Assembly: GCA_044440125.1 (NCBI GenBank)
Contig: JBITAJ010000017.1
Coordinates: 1-64,000, forward strand
Reading direction: 5' to 3'
Source: Sedimentisphaeraceae bacterium JB056
Lineage (GTDB): Bacteria > Planctomycetota > Phycisphaerae > Sedimentisphaerales > Sedimentisphaeraceae
DNA length: 64,000 nt
The notes beneath the pieces are model-generated. The model saw only the letters and a list, made by a program, of their open reading frames with translations. It did no database searches and was not told the origin of the DNA. A program made the translations under genes and the position numbers. Positions 37,141 to 46,716 of the stretch are shown here, piece after piece (position 1 is the first letter of the stretch; the number at the start of each line of letters is the position of its first letter).

Positions 37141-39213
37141 ATGAAATCATTTAAAATGATATATTTGCTTGCGGCAATTATTTTGGCGGTACTTACTCCT
37201 TCCATGGTTAAGGCTGAAGTCTTTGCCGAAGCAGGCATGACCGGATGGACAACAATTGGTGATGGCAATGCTTATGATGTTAATGACGGCGGTACATTGA
37301 AGCCGTTTGAAGATCTGGTTACTTTTACATCGCCAGCAAATACAAACGATTACGGTGTTGACGGAGCTACATGGGGCTGGGATGCCTTCCAGATAAAGGC
37401 TATTTACTGTCAGCCGGGTTCCGGTGCTTATGTTGGTTACCGTTATGAAGCTCCGGCAGGAAAGATCATTACAGAAGTTAATATACCTAAGATATATACT
37501 AATGTATCAAATATCATGCACCTCCAGATCGCTGATGATTCTGGTGTTGTAGCAGAACTTACTCCAGCCGGTACAACAACTCTTAACGAACTCTACGCTA
37601 CAGAGCTTAGTACATCTTCTGTTGAGATCAGATGGGTTAATTCGCATTCTTCAACAATAAATCTCTGGGCAGGTAACGGCTTTATTGTCAATACTGTTGA
37701 GGTTGTAACTGAAGATGCTCCTCTTGAAGGGGCAGAGACATTAACATTTGCAGCAGGCGGTTTTGAAGGTTGGGAGTATGTAGGCGGCGGAACAGGCTAT
37801 GATGCCGATAACGGTAATGCAGAATCACCGCTTGAGGAATTGATGACACTTGCTACGCCTTCCAATACAAATGATTACGGTGTTGACGGAGCTACATGGG
37901 GCTGGGATGTTGCGAAAATATCTCCAAATGGACATATACTTCCTAATTCCGGTGCTTATGTTGGTGTTCGTTATGAGGCACCTGCGGGTAAGATGGTTAC
38001 CGGAGTAAGGGTTCCGAAGTATTATACAAATGTCGATCTCAGTATGCATCTCAAGATATATGATGCAGATGGTGTTGAGCTGGCAGATTCAACCCGTGTT
38101 GGACTTACCGAGATGGTTACTGATCTTGCAGCGGCTGATATAAGTACATCAGCAATCGAAATACGCTGGGTTAATACTGCTGCTTCTACCATACACTTCT
38201 GGGGCACAAGTAATGGCGTGATAATAAATACAGCAGAAGTTGATATTGCCAATGATCCTGACTATCAGGCCTATAATCCTATAACTTTTGATACGACCTA
38301 TAAACCATCGCAATGGTTCGGTTACTATCATGCCTATACGGTTGTATCAGATGATCCGCTTGGCTCGACCAACTGGGGCGATGCTATTGCAGATGTTGGC
38401 GGTTATACAAATCTTAACTATGTGTTCCCTAAGCAGGGAGCTATTGATTCGGCTGTAGCAAATCATTCATACATGCTTGTAGATGTTATGTGGCAGTTGT
38501 TTGAATCAGATGGCAATGGCGGTTATCAGCTCAAGAGCAGTTACGAAAGTGCCGTTGACAGTCTTGTTACAATGTTCAATGGATATGAAGAATATATTGG
38601 AGCATTCAGTCCTATAGATGAGCCTTACCATAGAAATGTAAGTCAGTCAGACCTTGAGGCATCGATAGCTGCATTAAAGGCGGGCTTCCCGGGCATACCA
38701 ATCTATGTGAATTTTGCATATACAGAAGTTGATGCTCTTACCAGCTTAACTCTTCCTGCGGGAGCTGATTGGTTGGCCTTCGATGTATACGAAAGTGACG
38801 GACAGCCAGTTGATATTGCTGATATTCAAGGCTATGTTAACCATATTAAGAGTATCAAACTCCCTGAGCAGAAGCTGTTCCTTATTCCTCCTTCTGCAAT
38901 GAATCTTGTAGCAACATATACAGATCAGCAGCTTGCTGATTCAGTTAACGCTTTTTATAATCTTATGAGTAATGATGATGAGATTATCGGTATGATGGTA
39001 TTCCCTGCTGATGGCTGTCGTCAGGCAGAGTTTGACGGTATTGGAAGTACTATACCGCTTGCTCTTGCGGCTCAGCAAGCAATTGGCGGTCAGATTGCCG
39101 GTGAAGTTTGCGGCGATATCTGGAATGGCTTGTACAAGTTTGACTTTGATGCAGATTGCCATATTACTATGGCGGATTTCGCAGCTTATGCAGTTAAATG
39201 GATAGCTGAATAA
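37141..39213 (+). CDS. Secreted protein: two tandem ~175-aa domains, putative glycoside hydrolase barrel, dockerin-like tail
   Basis: Repeat NTNDYGVDGATWGWD x2; IDEP and WLAFDVY motifs; DFDADCHITMADFAAYAVKW. Confidence 0.7.
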   Translation: MKSFKMIYLLAAIILAVLTPSMVKAEVFAEAGMTGWTTIGDGNAYDVNDGGTLKPFEDLVTFTSPANTNDYGVDGATWGWDAFQIKAIYCQPGSGAYVGYRYEAPAGKIITEVNIPKIYTNVSNIMHLQIADDSGVVAELTPAGTTTLNELYATELSTSSVEIRWVNSHSSTINLWAGNGFIVNTVEVVTEDAPLEGAETLTFAAGGFEGWEYVGGGTGYDADNGNAESPLEELMTLATPSNTNDYGVDGATWGWDVAKISPNGHILPNSGAYVGVRYEAPAGKMVTGVRVPKYYTNVDLSMHLKIYDADGVELADSTRVGLTEMVTDLAAADISTSAIEIRWVNTAASTIHFWGTSNGVIINTAEVDIANDPDYQAYNPITFDTTYKPSQWFGYYHAYTVVSDDPLGSTNWGDAIADVGGYTNLNYVFPKQGAIDSAVANHSYMLVDVMWQLFESDGNGGYQLKSSYESAVDSLVTMFNGYEEYIGAFSPIDEPYHRNVSQSDLEASIAALKAGFPGIPIYVNFAYTEVDALTSLTLPAGADWLAFDVYESDGQPVDIADIQGYVNHIKSIKLPEQKLFLIPPSAMNLVATYTDQQLADSVNAFYNLMSNDDEIIGMMVFPADGCRQAEFDGIGSTIPLALAAQQAIGGQIAGEVCGDIWNGLYKFDFDADCHITMADFAAYAVKWIAE

Positions 39214-39224
39214 TGAATATAGTT

Positions 39225-39254
39225 TACCTTCCCGGCTGCAAAACCGGGAAGGTA
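39225..39254 (+). terminator. Intergenic hairpin (weak terminator or mRNA stabiliser)
   Basis: taccttcccgg-ctgcaaaa-ccgggaaggta; poor U tract. Confidence 0.7.
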
Positions 39255-39308
39255 TTAAAATGATATGAGTGATGAGACGATTAATATTTCAAGAGTATGA
39301 AAAGGTAA

Positions 39309-40169
39309 ATGATTATGTGTAAGAAAAAGGCATTTACATTGATCGAGTTGTTGGTTGTTATTTCCATAATAGCACTTTTGATGGCAATTATGATGCCTGC
39401 ATTATCCAAGACCAGAAGCATGGCAAGACGCGTTATATGCGGCAGTCATATGCACAATATGGGGCTTGCGATAGAAAACTACAAGGCCGATCAGGATGGT
39501 TATTATCCAATAGCATTCTGGGGAACTACTTCTTTCAACAGGACTATTTATACAGAGTCTCTGATTAAAGCCGGTTTAATCGAGGGAGAGGAGACTTCAG
39601 CAGGTAATAATGAATGGGTGGTAAGTGCCGGCAGTACAAGAGAAGCATATTCATGCCCTTCTTTCAGAAGATTTCTGAAGGTTCGAAGTGATGTGCTTTA
39701 TGGTTGGGACAACACCAATATTGCAGAGTATTATCCTATCGGTTATGGTTATAACTCGCATCTGTCAAGATATGATATTTGGGATGATTCAAAAAATGAA
39801 CCAGCTTCTTCTCCGGATAATCCATACATAGGGAAAACACCTAATTCCAGCACGCTTATGTTGATAGATTCTTCAGCTTTCTTCTTGAATAATCTGCCAG
39901 GTTCAAAGTTTTATCCTGTTTATGAAATATCATCAAGATTTGCAAGCAGTAACGGCTCAATTGCCGGAAGTCATACCGGCGGGGTTGCAAACTCTTTGTG
40001 GGTTGATATGCATGTTGAGCAGAGAAAAGCGGATGAATATTCTCAGAGAAGCGATTCTGATCCGGCTGACTTGACAGGAAGCAGTGTTCTTGATCACAGG
40101 GCTCATCAGTATGATGATCGCGGTTATGCAAAGAGCTCACCTAAAGGCAAGATCGCTTGTCCTGAGTAA
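39309..40169 (+). CDS. Prepilin-type N-terminal cleavage/methylation protein (DUF1559-like pseudopilin)
   Basis: [34 protein letters not shown]; degenerate H-X10-DMHV near the C-terminus. Confidence 0.9.
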   Translation: MIMCKKKAFTLIELLVVISIIALLMAIMMPALSKTRSMARRVICGSHMHNMGLAIENYKADQDGYYPIAFWGTTSFNRTIYTESLIKAGLIEGEETSAGNNEWVVSAGSTREAYSCPSFRRFLKVRSDVLYGWDNTNIAEYYPIGYGYNSHLSRYDIWDDSKNEPASSPDNPYIGKTPNSSTLMLIDSSAFFLNNLPGSKFYPVYEISSRFASSNGSIAGSHTGGVANSLWVDMHVEQRKADEYSQRSDSDPADLTGSSVLDHRAHQYDDRGYAKSSPKGKIACPE

Positions 40170-40308
40170 TGATCGTGATTGTTTCTGGAGGTTTGGAGTT
40201 TTCAAAGGTATTGGCATGTCCAATTTCTACAGCTGTTTACTTGTGCGCAATTATAGTCGCATAAGATCAATATTATCAGTTTATAAAAAAATCATGAGGG
40301 TATATTGA

Positions 40309-41694
40309 ATGATATCATTTAATAATTTTGTAAAATATCTTGCCGTTATTTCATTTGTTATAATTCTTGTCTTTTCAAACAGTTCAATTGCGGACGATTC
40401 TATGCCTGACGTTTTGATTAAACCGTTTCCTATTCTTTCATGGGTTCCTCCTCAGGTCAGTCAGCAGCAATTGAACTGGTATGATGAAGCTGGTTTTACT
40501 GTTCTTACTATGTATCCTGATGAGGATAAATATGAGGTGATGAAAAAATATTGGGATGGTAATTATATTGTATTCAAGGAATGGTCTGAGTTCGATTATG
40601 ATGATATGCTTGCTTTCCATCCTGAAGATGATAAAAAGATCGGTTATCTTCTCGGCGATGAGCCGCTATATGATGGACTGGCTGAATATAAAGTTATCGC
40701 GGATAAGATGAGAGAAGCTGATCCGCAGCGAATCTGTCTTGTAAACTTATTCCCTTCTTACGTAGGTGAAACACGACTTGGTAACGGTTTTCTTGATTAT
40801 ATAAAAGATTCTTTTGAACTGATTAATCCTCGTTACTGTTCGCTTGATAACTATCCTCTCATGTGGTTTGATGTAGAAAGACCTGAATATTATTACGATA
40901 TTGAAATGCTGAGAAAGTTCAGTCAATGGAATGATTCAAAGCAGATAGGTTTTATACAATTGTATTCATCTTCGGTTTGTCGTGATGTAAGTGAGTCGGA
41001 TGTTGCGTGGCAGGTTAATACGCTGCTTGCTTACGGATGCAAAGGTCTTTGGTATTTCAATTTCAGACATCCTTCTGCTGGAGATTCAAAAGCTAAAATG
41101 CCGGAGATAAGCGAAGCCGGAGCAAAGGATTTCAGGAATCTTCCCGGCCAGTGGGCGGAATACTACAAACCAGTATATGAAAATTTTGGTGGTAGCAGTG
41201 CTCTTGGTATGGATGATAAGCCATCGTTTTCTTTTGAGTATGTAAAGAAAGCAAATGCTCAAGCTCTTGCTTGGGGTCCGCTGCTGCTTACACTTGAGAA
41301 TAATGCAGTAAGGCATGTTGTCAACAGGCAGCCGTTTGCTCCTGTTGGTACGGAAGTATTCGCGGAAGCACGTTTCATTTCCGAAGCTAATGAACCGTTT
41401 ATTAACAGTGTTAAAGCAGTTGATCCTGATAAGGATAAGGGCTTCATAATAAGCTATTTTGAGAATGAGGCAAAAGATTCTTACGTGATGATTGTTAACA
41501 AGAATCACGGCGAATTTATAACCTGCAAGGGCGGAGCGGCAAAGACAAAGATTGTTTTTGATGAAGAGGTAGCAGGTATCAAGATAGTATCACCTGTTGA
41601 CGGGACGCTGGAAGATAAGAAAATAACAGACAGACTGCTGACTGTTGATATTGAGGCCGGCGGCGCTATTCTCTTCAAAGTAGAATGTAAATAA
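40309..41694 (+). CDS. Secreted putative glycoside hydrolase-like (TIM-barrel) protein
   Basis: Signal peptide; GYLLGDEP, VNLFP, SLDNYP, LAYGCKGLWYF motifs. Confidence 0.55.
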   Translation: MISFNNFVKYLAVISFVIILVFSNSSIADDSMPDVLIKPFPILSWVPPQVSQQQLNWYDEAGFTVLTMYPDEDKYEVMKKYWDGNYIVFKEWSEFDYDDMLAFHPEDDKKIGYLLGDEPLYDGLAEYKVIADKMREADPQRICLVNLFPSYVGETRLGNGFLDYIKDSFELINPRYCSLDNYPLMWFDVERPEYYYDIEMLRKFSQWNDSKQIGFIQLYSSSVCRDVSESDVAWQVNTLLAYGCKGLWYFNFRHPSAGDSKAKMPEISEAGAKDFRNLPGQWAEYYKPVYENFGGSSALGMDDKPSFSFEYVKKANAQALAWGPLLLTLENNAVRHVVNRQPFAPVGTEVFAEARFISEANEPFINSVKAVDPDKDKGFIISYFENEAKDSYVMIVNKNHGEFITCKGGAAKTKIVFDEEVAGIKIVSPVDGTLEDKKITDRLLTVDIEAGGAILFKVECK

Positions 41695-41717
41695 CCAATA
41701 TTACTACAGGACTCCTT

Positions 41718-43226
41718 GTGAATACAACTTTAATTGACTGGATAATTCTCGTTTTTGTTTTTGCCGGATTGTGCTTTGCCGGATTGATGTGTCGTAAAAA
41801 AGTCAAAGGCGTATCAGATTTTATGGTTGCCGGCAGGAATGTCAGAAAGTATCTTGCTTTGGGTACAGGTCTTGTTGAAGGTATCGGATTGGTGACAATC
41901 GCTAATTTTATTCAGCAGGGATTTTTGCACGGTCTTAGCAATATATGGCTCCAGACCATCGATATGCTGATCGTTGCGATAATATTCGGCCATTTTGGCG
42001 TTGTGATAGTTCGGTTCAGGCTTGGCGGTTTTATTACACTTCCGCAATATTTTGAAGCAAGATACAGCCGTAAAACAAGGCTGCTTGTCGGTTTTGTTAC
42101 GGCAGTAGCGGGAATATTGAATTTTGCTATTTTTCCTATTGTCGGCAGTCAGTTCCTGACGCATTTTCTGGGTCTGCCTGCGACGTTTCCATTGCTTGGG
42201 ATGAATATGCCTACAATACCGGCTCTTATGGGAATTATGCTGGTGCTTGCACTGCTGTTTACAAATCTTGGCGGTATGATATCGGTTGTTGTTACTGACT
42301 ACATCCAGTCAATACTTGTGGCTTGCGGTATATTCATAATGTTGTTTTTTACATTCTATACGCTTGGTCTAACCGGTCTTACAGAAGGTTTACGGGAAAA
42401 TCTTGGGCAGGCCGCTTTCAATCCGTTCTATGAAGGCAGTTATGGGATTGCTTTTTTCGTATGGGTTGGGCTTAATGTGTTTTTCTGTTATGTAGCATTT
42501 TCTCCTACAATGCAAAAAGTTGCTTCTACCGACAGCAGTGAGACCGCAAGAAAGATGACTATGATAAGTTCTTTCTTTAATAAGAGCCGACTGGTTATGA
42601 TGATGCTTATAGGTATAGGTGCTTTGATATATTTAGGCGGTCAGGCTCCTGATGATATGAATATGAATGGCGAGCAATGGAGCAGAACGGCCGGTCCTTT
42701 GTTTCTTGGAGAGATTCTGCCGCCGGTATTTATGGGTATTGTGATGTCTGCACTCTGTGCGGCGTTTGTCAGTACGATGGACAGTTATATTTTGAGCTGG
42801 GCATCGGTTATTGTTAATGATGTGATATGTGCCGTGAAAAAGAAGCCCATGACTCCTGAGGGACATTTGTGGTGTTTGAGATGGGTCATAGCGGCTATCG
42901 CTTTATTTCTTTTCTGTTTTGGTGTCTTATATAAGCCGACAGAATCTATACTCGAATATATCTATCTGACCGGAACGATGTTTACCGGTATAGGTATAGC
43001 TCTTGTGTTTGGACTCTATTTTAAGTTTGGTACGACAGCCGGTGCAATGGCGGCAGTTCTTTCCAGCGCGGTTCTTCCTGTAGTGGATCTTATTTGTAAA
43101 AGAGTATTCGAAGGTAGCTACACTTTGGGGTCACAATACTCAGGGCTTATGATAATTTTGTTTTCGATGATGATATACATTGCAGTATCTCTTGCAGACA
43201 AAACGAAAAAAGTGACAGTAGATTAA
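41718..43226 (+). CDS. Sodium:solute symporter (SSS family)
   Basis: DFMVAGR, TLPQYFEARYS, GGMISVVVTDYIQ, AAFVSTMDSY; many TM helices. Confidence 0.9.
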   Translation: MNTTLIDWIILVFVFAGLCFAGLMCRKKVKGVSDFMVAGRNVRKYLALGTGLVEGIGLVTIANFIQQGFLHGLSNIWLQTIDMLIVAIIFGHFGVVIVRFRLGGFITLPQYFEARYSRKTRLLVGFVTAVAGILNFAIFPIVGSQFLTHFLGLPATFPLLGMNMPTIPALMGIMLVLALLFTNLGGMISVVVTDYIQSILVACGIFIMLFFTFYTLGLTGLTEGLRENLGQAAFNPFYEGSYGIAFFVWVGLNVFFCYVAFSPTMQKVASTDSSETARKMTMISSFFNKSRLVMMMLIGIGALIYLGGQAPDDMNMNGEQWSRTAGPLFLGEILPPVFMGIVMSALCAAFVSTMDSYILSWASVIVNDVICAVKKKPMTPEGHLWCLRWVIAAIALFLFCFGVLYKPTESILEYIYLTGTMFTGIGIALVFGLYFKFGTTAGAMAAVLSSAVLPVVDLICKRVFEGSYTLGSQYSGLMIILFSMMIYIAVSLADKTKKVTVD

Positions 43227-43243
43227 CAAAGGATATATAGGAA

Positions 43244-45058
43244 ATGCGTGATAAAAATGTACTTTTTATAATGCTCGATCAGCTCAATTACAGGTGTCTT
43301 GGGTATATGGGGCATCCGGATGTCAAGACTCCAAATATTGATGCGTTGGCGGCTGAGGGTACATGTTTTACAAACTTTTATACGCAGTCTCCGATATGCC
43401 AGCCCAGCAGGATTTCGTTTCTTACAGGTAATTATCAAAAGACTCACAGGCAGTATGGTTTTGAGGGTATGGTTGGTAATAGTTTTGAACTTATGCCTCG
43501 CATATTCAGGAAAGCCGGTTATAAGACAGGGGCATCGGGTAAGTTTCATATAAATTCTTTAGGCAGTGACTGGGGTTTTGATTATCTTGCAGGCACGCTT
43601 GAAGAGGAACAGGACAGATGCAAGCCTGCAACCAACTGGTATCCTGATTACATACGTGATAAAGGATACAAATATCCTACTACTCAGGCTCACGGCTCTT
43701 CCCTTGGAGATTCTGTTCCGGATGATATCGAGAAAGAGGAGAAAAGCGGCAGAGTTCATGAGATCAATGTTGATAACTATGTCATGTGTGCGGGTAAGAC
43801 CAGGATACCGTTTGAGCATAGTATAGAGAAATGGACGACTGACAGGGCGATTGAGTTTCTGGAATACGTAAATGATGATGAACCGTTCTTCTTCTGGCTG
43901 ACTTACGATCGTCCGCATGCTCCTCACGGCGTATCAGAACCATTCGATAAATTGTATGATCCTGATCTTATTTCGCTTCTGCCATATGAGGATGTTGATG
44001 AAATCTGTTCGAAACCTTATGACTATTTCAAGAAGCTTCGGAGTTTCTTTGGCGATGATAAAAAGCTCAGGCGTGTTCTTGCCGCTTACTATGCCATCAT
44101 AACCTGTATTGACAGCGAGATAGGCAGAGTTGTTGATTATCTTAAGAGCAGAGGACTCTACGATAACACAACAATAATCTTTACCAGCGATCATGGCGAT
44201 ATGGCCGGTATGCATGGAAGCTTTGAAAAAGATAATATGGCTGATGAAGTGATAAAGATTCCTATGGTAATCAAGCCGCCTTTTAAGATGCAGTCTGATG
44301 CGCCGAAGAGAATTGACTCTTTATGTGAATCGACAGATCTTTTACCGACACTGCTTTCGCTGCATTCCTTTGAAAAGATGGATGTTGACGGCCATGATCT
44401 TTGCGGTTTGATCAGTGGAAATGAAGATGGCATCGATAACGTTGTATTTTCTGAACAGTATTCAATTAAGGCTATTGTAAAGGATAGCTGGAAACTTATC
44501 TATTATCTTGATAAACCATATGGAATGCTCTTTGATCTTGCGAATGATCCGTTTGAAAAGAACAATCTTTACGATGATGATAAATATAAATTGAAAAGGA
44601 TTGAGCTTAAACGTGAATTGATAAAAAAACTCTCTGGCAATTGGGATGAGTGTGACAAAGAGGATGTTGAGAGTACGATATTCAATTATGGGGGCAGGTC
44701 AAGCAAAGCGCATTATGGTAATGTCGGCTGGGATGACCGGGATTTTTATGTTGTTGATTACCGTTGCATGTATTTGGTGGAGGACAACCCGGCGACTTAT
44801 ATCATGATGTACAATTTGTATGATGATAAAACACCGATGTATAAAGTTGAAAATGGATGCCCATGTTATGAAGCCGGTGATGTCTGTAATGAACTTCTTT
44901 ATAATGGCATTTATGAAAAGTTTGTTGATGGTTTAGTTGATTGGCTTATACGAAAAATAACACCGATTGATGTGATTGGGATACAGGCTTCTAAGCTTGA
45001 ACGTTGTTATCCTCTTGAAGAAGAGGTTGCTGAGTTTTTAGGAAATGTTTCGCGTTAA
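43244..45058 (+). CDS. Sulfatase (formylglycine-dependent, no obvious signal peptide)
   Basis: FIMLDQ, CQPSR.SFLTG, GKFH, PHAPH, FTSDHG. Confidence 0.92.
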   Translation: MRDKNVLFIMLDQLNYRCLGYMGHPDVKTPNIDALAAEGTCFTNFYTQSPICQPSRISFLTGNYQKTHRQYGFEGMVGNSFELMPRIFRKAGYKTGASGKFHINSLGSDWGFDYLAGTLEEEQDRCKPATNWYPDYIRDKGYKYPTTQAHGSSLGDSVPDDIEKEEKSGRVHEINVDNYVMCAGKTRIPFEHSIEKWTTDRAIEFLEYVNDDEPFFFWLTYDRPHAPHGVSEPFDKLYDPDLISLLPYEDVDEICSKPYDYFKKLRSFFGDDKKLRRVLAAYYAIITCIDSEIGRVVDYLKSRGLYDNTTIIFTSDHGDMAGMHGSFEKDNMADEVIKIPMVIKPPFKMQSDAPKRIDSLCESTDLLPTLLSLHSFEKMDVDGHDLCGLISGNEDGIDNVVFSEQYSIKAIVKDSWKLIYYLDKPYGMLFDLANDPFEKNNLYDDDKYKLKRIELKRELIKKLSGNWDECDKEDVESTIFNYGGRSSKAHYGNVGWDDRDFYVVDYRCMYLVEDNPATYIMMYNLYDDKTPMYKVENGCPCYEAGDVCNELLYNGIYEKFVDGLVDWLIRKITPIDVIGIQASKLERCYPLEEEVAEFLGNVSR

Positions 45059-46470
45059 AAGCGGGAAAGTATAAAGAAAATTCGGAAAGGATGTGTTGGA
45101 TGAAAACGAAAATATTATTTTTAATTCTGGCTGTTGTGAGTATGCCTGTGGTATCTTACGGCAAAGCAAGTGATGGTGATCACGTGTTCTTCTACAATCA
45201 GTATGGTTCACCGGCATTTGAAACTATTAATGACTGGACGAAAATCGGTTCTGCCGGTTATTCAACTTATTTCAGTCTCAATAGTGATGTCGATTGTGTT
45301 GAGGATGCAGTTTCCACAGAGAGCCTTAAGACAAGGCTTGACTGGACAGTGCCTACTTCGCAGACGGTTCCTGCCGGTACTTGGTGCGGGTATGAATTTA
45401 CTATACCTTCAGGTGTGAAGGAGAATATACTCAGATGGTACACTGCGGGCAGATATAACATAGGAACCGGAGCGGAGGTTCGTCTGCTTGATGAGAATGA
45501 TAATATTGTATGGACCTACAGTGATACAGGTACATGGGTTAATAATTACAGTAACACCTTTCAGCCTACGGAAAAAGTTAAACTGATCGTTTATCAGGCA
45601 AGCAGTGGTTATTTATGGTCGGGTCAGTATTTCTATGCCAGGCTTATGCAGATGTATACACAGGATATACCGAAATATTTCGGTTATTATTTCACAAATA
45701 CTCCATCGGCTGACTACTATGAAGACAGCAGTTGTGATATCTCTGAATTTACCAATCTCAATCATGTTATGGTGAGTTCTATGACCGCTGCGCAAGTAAG
45801 TGCACTTGCGGCTCGTTATTCTGCCAATGGCTGTAAGATGCTGATTGATACCAGATGGCAATTCTTTGATGGAAGCGGCAATTTATTACCGCAGGCAACA
45901 AGAGAATTGCAGTGGTCGATATTGTGGGACAAGATTGAACCTGTACTGAGCAGTGTCGGCGGCATGTATCTTATTGATGAGCCAGTGAATAGAGGCGTCA
46001 GTTACAGTGATCTTCAAACCTGTATTACGGAGATAAAGGCTGATTATTCGGGGCCAATTCTTGCCGTATACGCTTATCCTACAATTGAAAATCTTACATG
46101 GGGCGTTATACCGACTAACATTGATTGGGTTGGTGTTGATAAATATAGTTGCTCATTCACTGATATTGTTGATCTGGTGGATAATCTCGAGACTTATCTC
46201 GCTTCATGGCAGTACATATTCCTTGTGCCTCAGGCGACTACGTTTAAGTCGTGTTCATCTGTGGCTAACTCCTCTCTTGAGGTTGAAGACTGGCAGGTAC
46301 ACAACTGGAGCTGGGACTACTGGGATCTGGCCAATGGTGATCCTCGTATTGTAGGTATGCTTTCTTTCCTCGTTGAGGACATGATAGACTGTAATATGAC
46401 GTTGACGCAATCAGCTCAGAGTGATATAGGAACTAAAATCAAATAAACATTATATATACTTTCCCGCTTT
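45058..46470. repeat. Perfect 16-bp inverted repeat pair bracketing one gene
   Basis: aaagcgggaaagtata (45058-45073) and tatactttcccgcttt (46455-46470). Confidence 0.85.
45100..46446 (+). CDS. Secreted putative glycoside hydrolase-like protein, paralog of the 37141 barrel
   Basis: Signal peptide; YFGYY, TNLNHV, WQFF, IDEP, DWVGVDKY, FLVP align with the 37141 C-terminal half. Confidence 0.65.
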   Translation: MKTKILFLILAVVSMPVVSYGKASDGDHVFFYNQYGSPAFETINDWTKIGSAGYSTYFSLNSDVDCVEDAVSTESLKTRLDWTVPTSQTVPAGTWCGYEFTIPSGVKENILRWYTAGRYNIGTGAEVRLLDENDNIVWTYSDTGTWVNNYSNTFQPTEKVKLIVYQASSGYLWSGQYFYARLMQMYTQDIPKYFGYYFTNTPSADYYEDSSCDISEFTNLNHVMVSSMTAAQVSALAARYSANGCKMLIDTRWQFFDGSGNLLPQATRELQWSILWDKIEPVLSSVGGMYLIDEPVNRGVSYSDLQTCITEIKADYSGPILAVYAYPTIENLTWGVIPTNIDWVGVDKYSCSFTDIVDLVDNLETYLASWQYIFLVPQATTFKSCSSVANSSLEVEDWQVHNWSWDYWDLANGDPRIVGMLSFLVEDMIDCNMTLTQSAQSDIGTKIK

Positions 46471-46522
46471 ATTTGGTTTGAATGATTGGAAATAATAAGA
46501 TTAACAAAACAGGAATGATTTT

Positions 46523-46714
46523 ATGAATGGATGGGAGACCAGCAGTTATATATATCTTGTGATAATGATTCTGTTTAACATATTGTTGACAGTAATCGTC
46601 TCTATAGGAGGGTATTTTGATCTTAAATATCTTTTCAAATCTTTACGTGAAGAGATTGTTGATGAGACAGATGATGGTCGTGTGAAGAAAGAAAATTACG
46701 AGGTTAGTGAATAA
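46523..46714 (+). CDS. Small single-TM protein, possible SSS accessory or detached C-terminal piece
   Basis: 63 aa; hydrophobic helix then IGG.FDL..LF..L...D..DDGRV; RBS agga. Confidence 0.65.
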   Translation: MNGWETSSYIYLVIMILFNILLTVIVSIGGYFDLKYLFKSLREEIVDETDDGRVKKENYEVSE

Positions 46715-46716
46715 TA

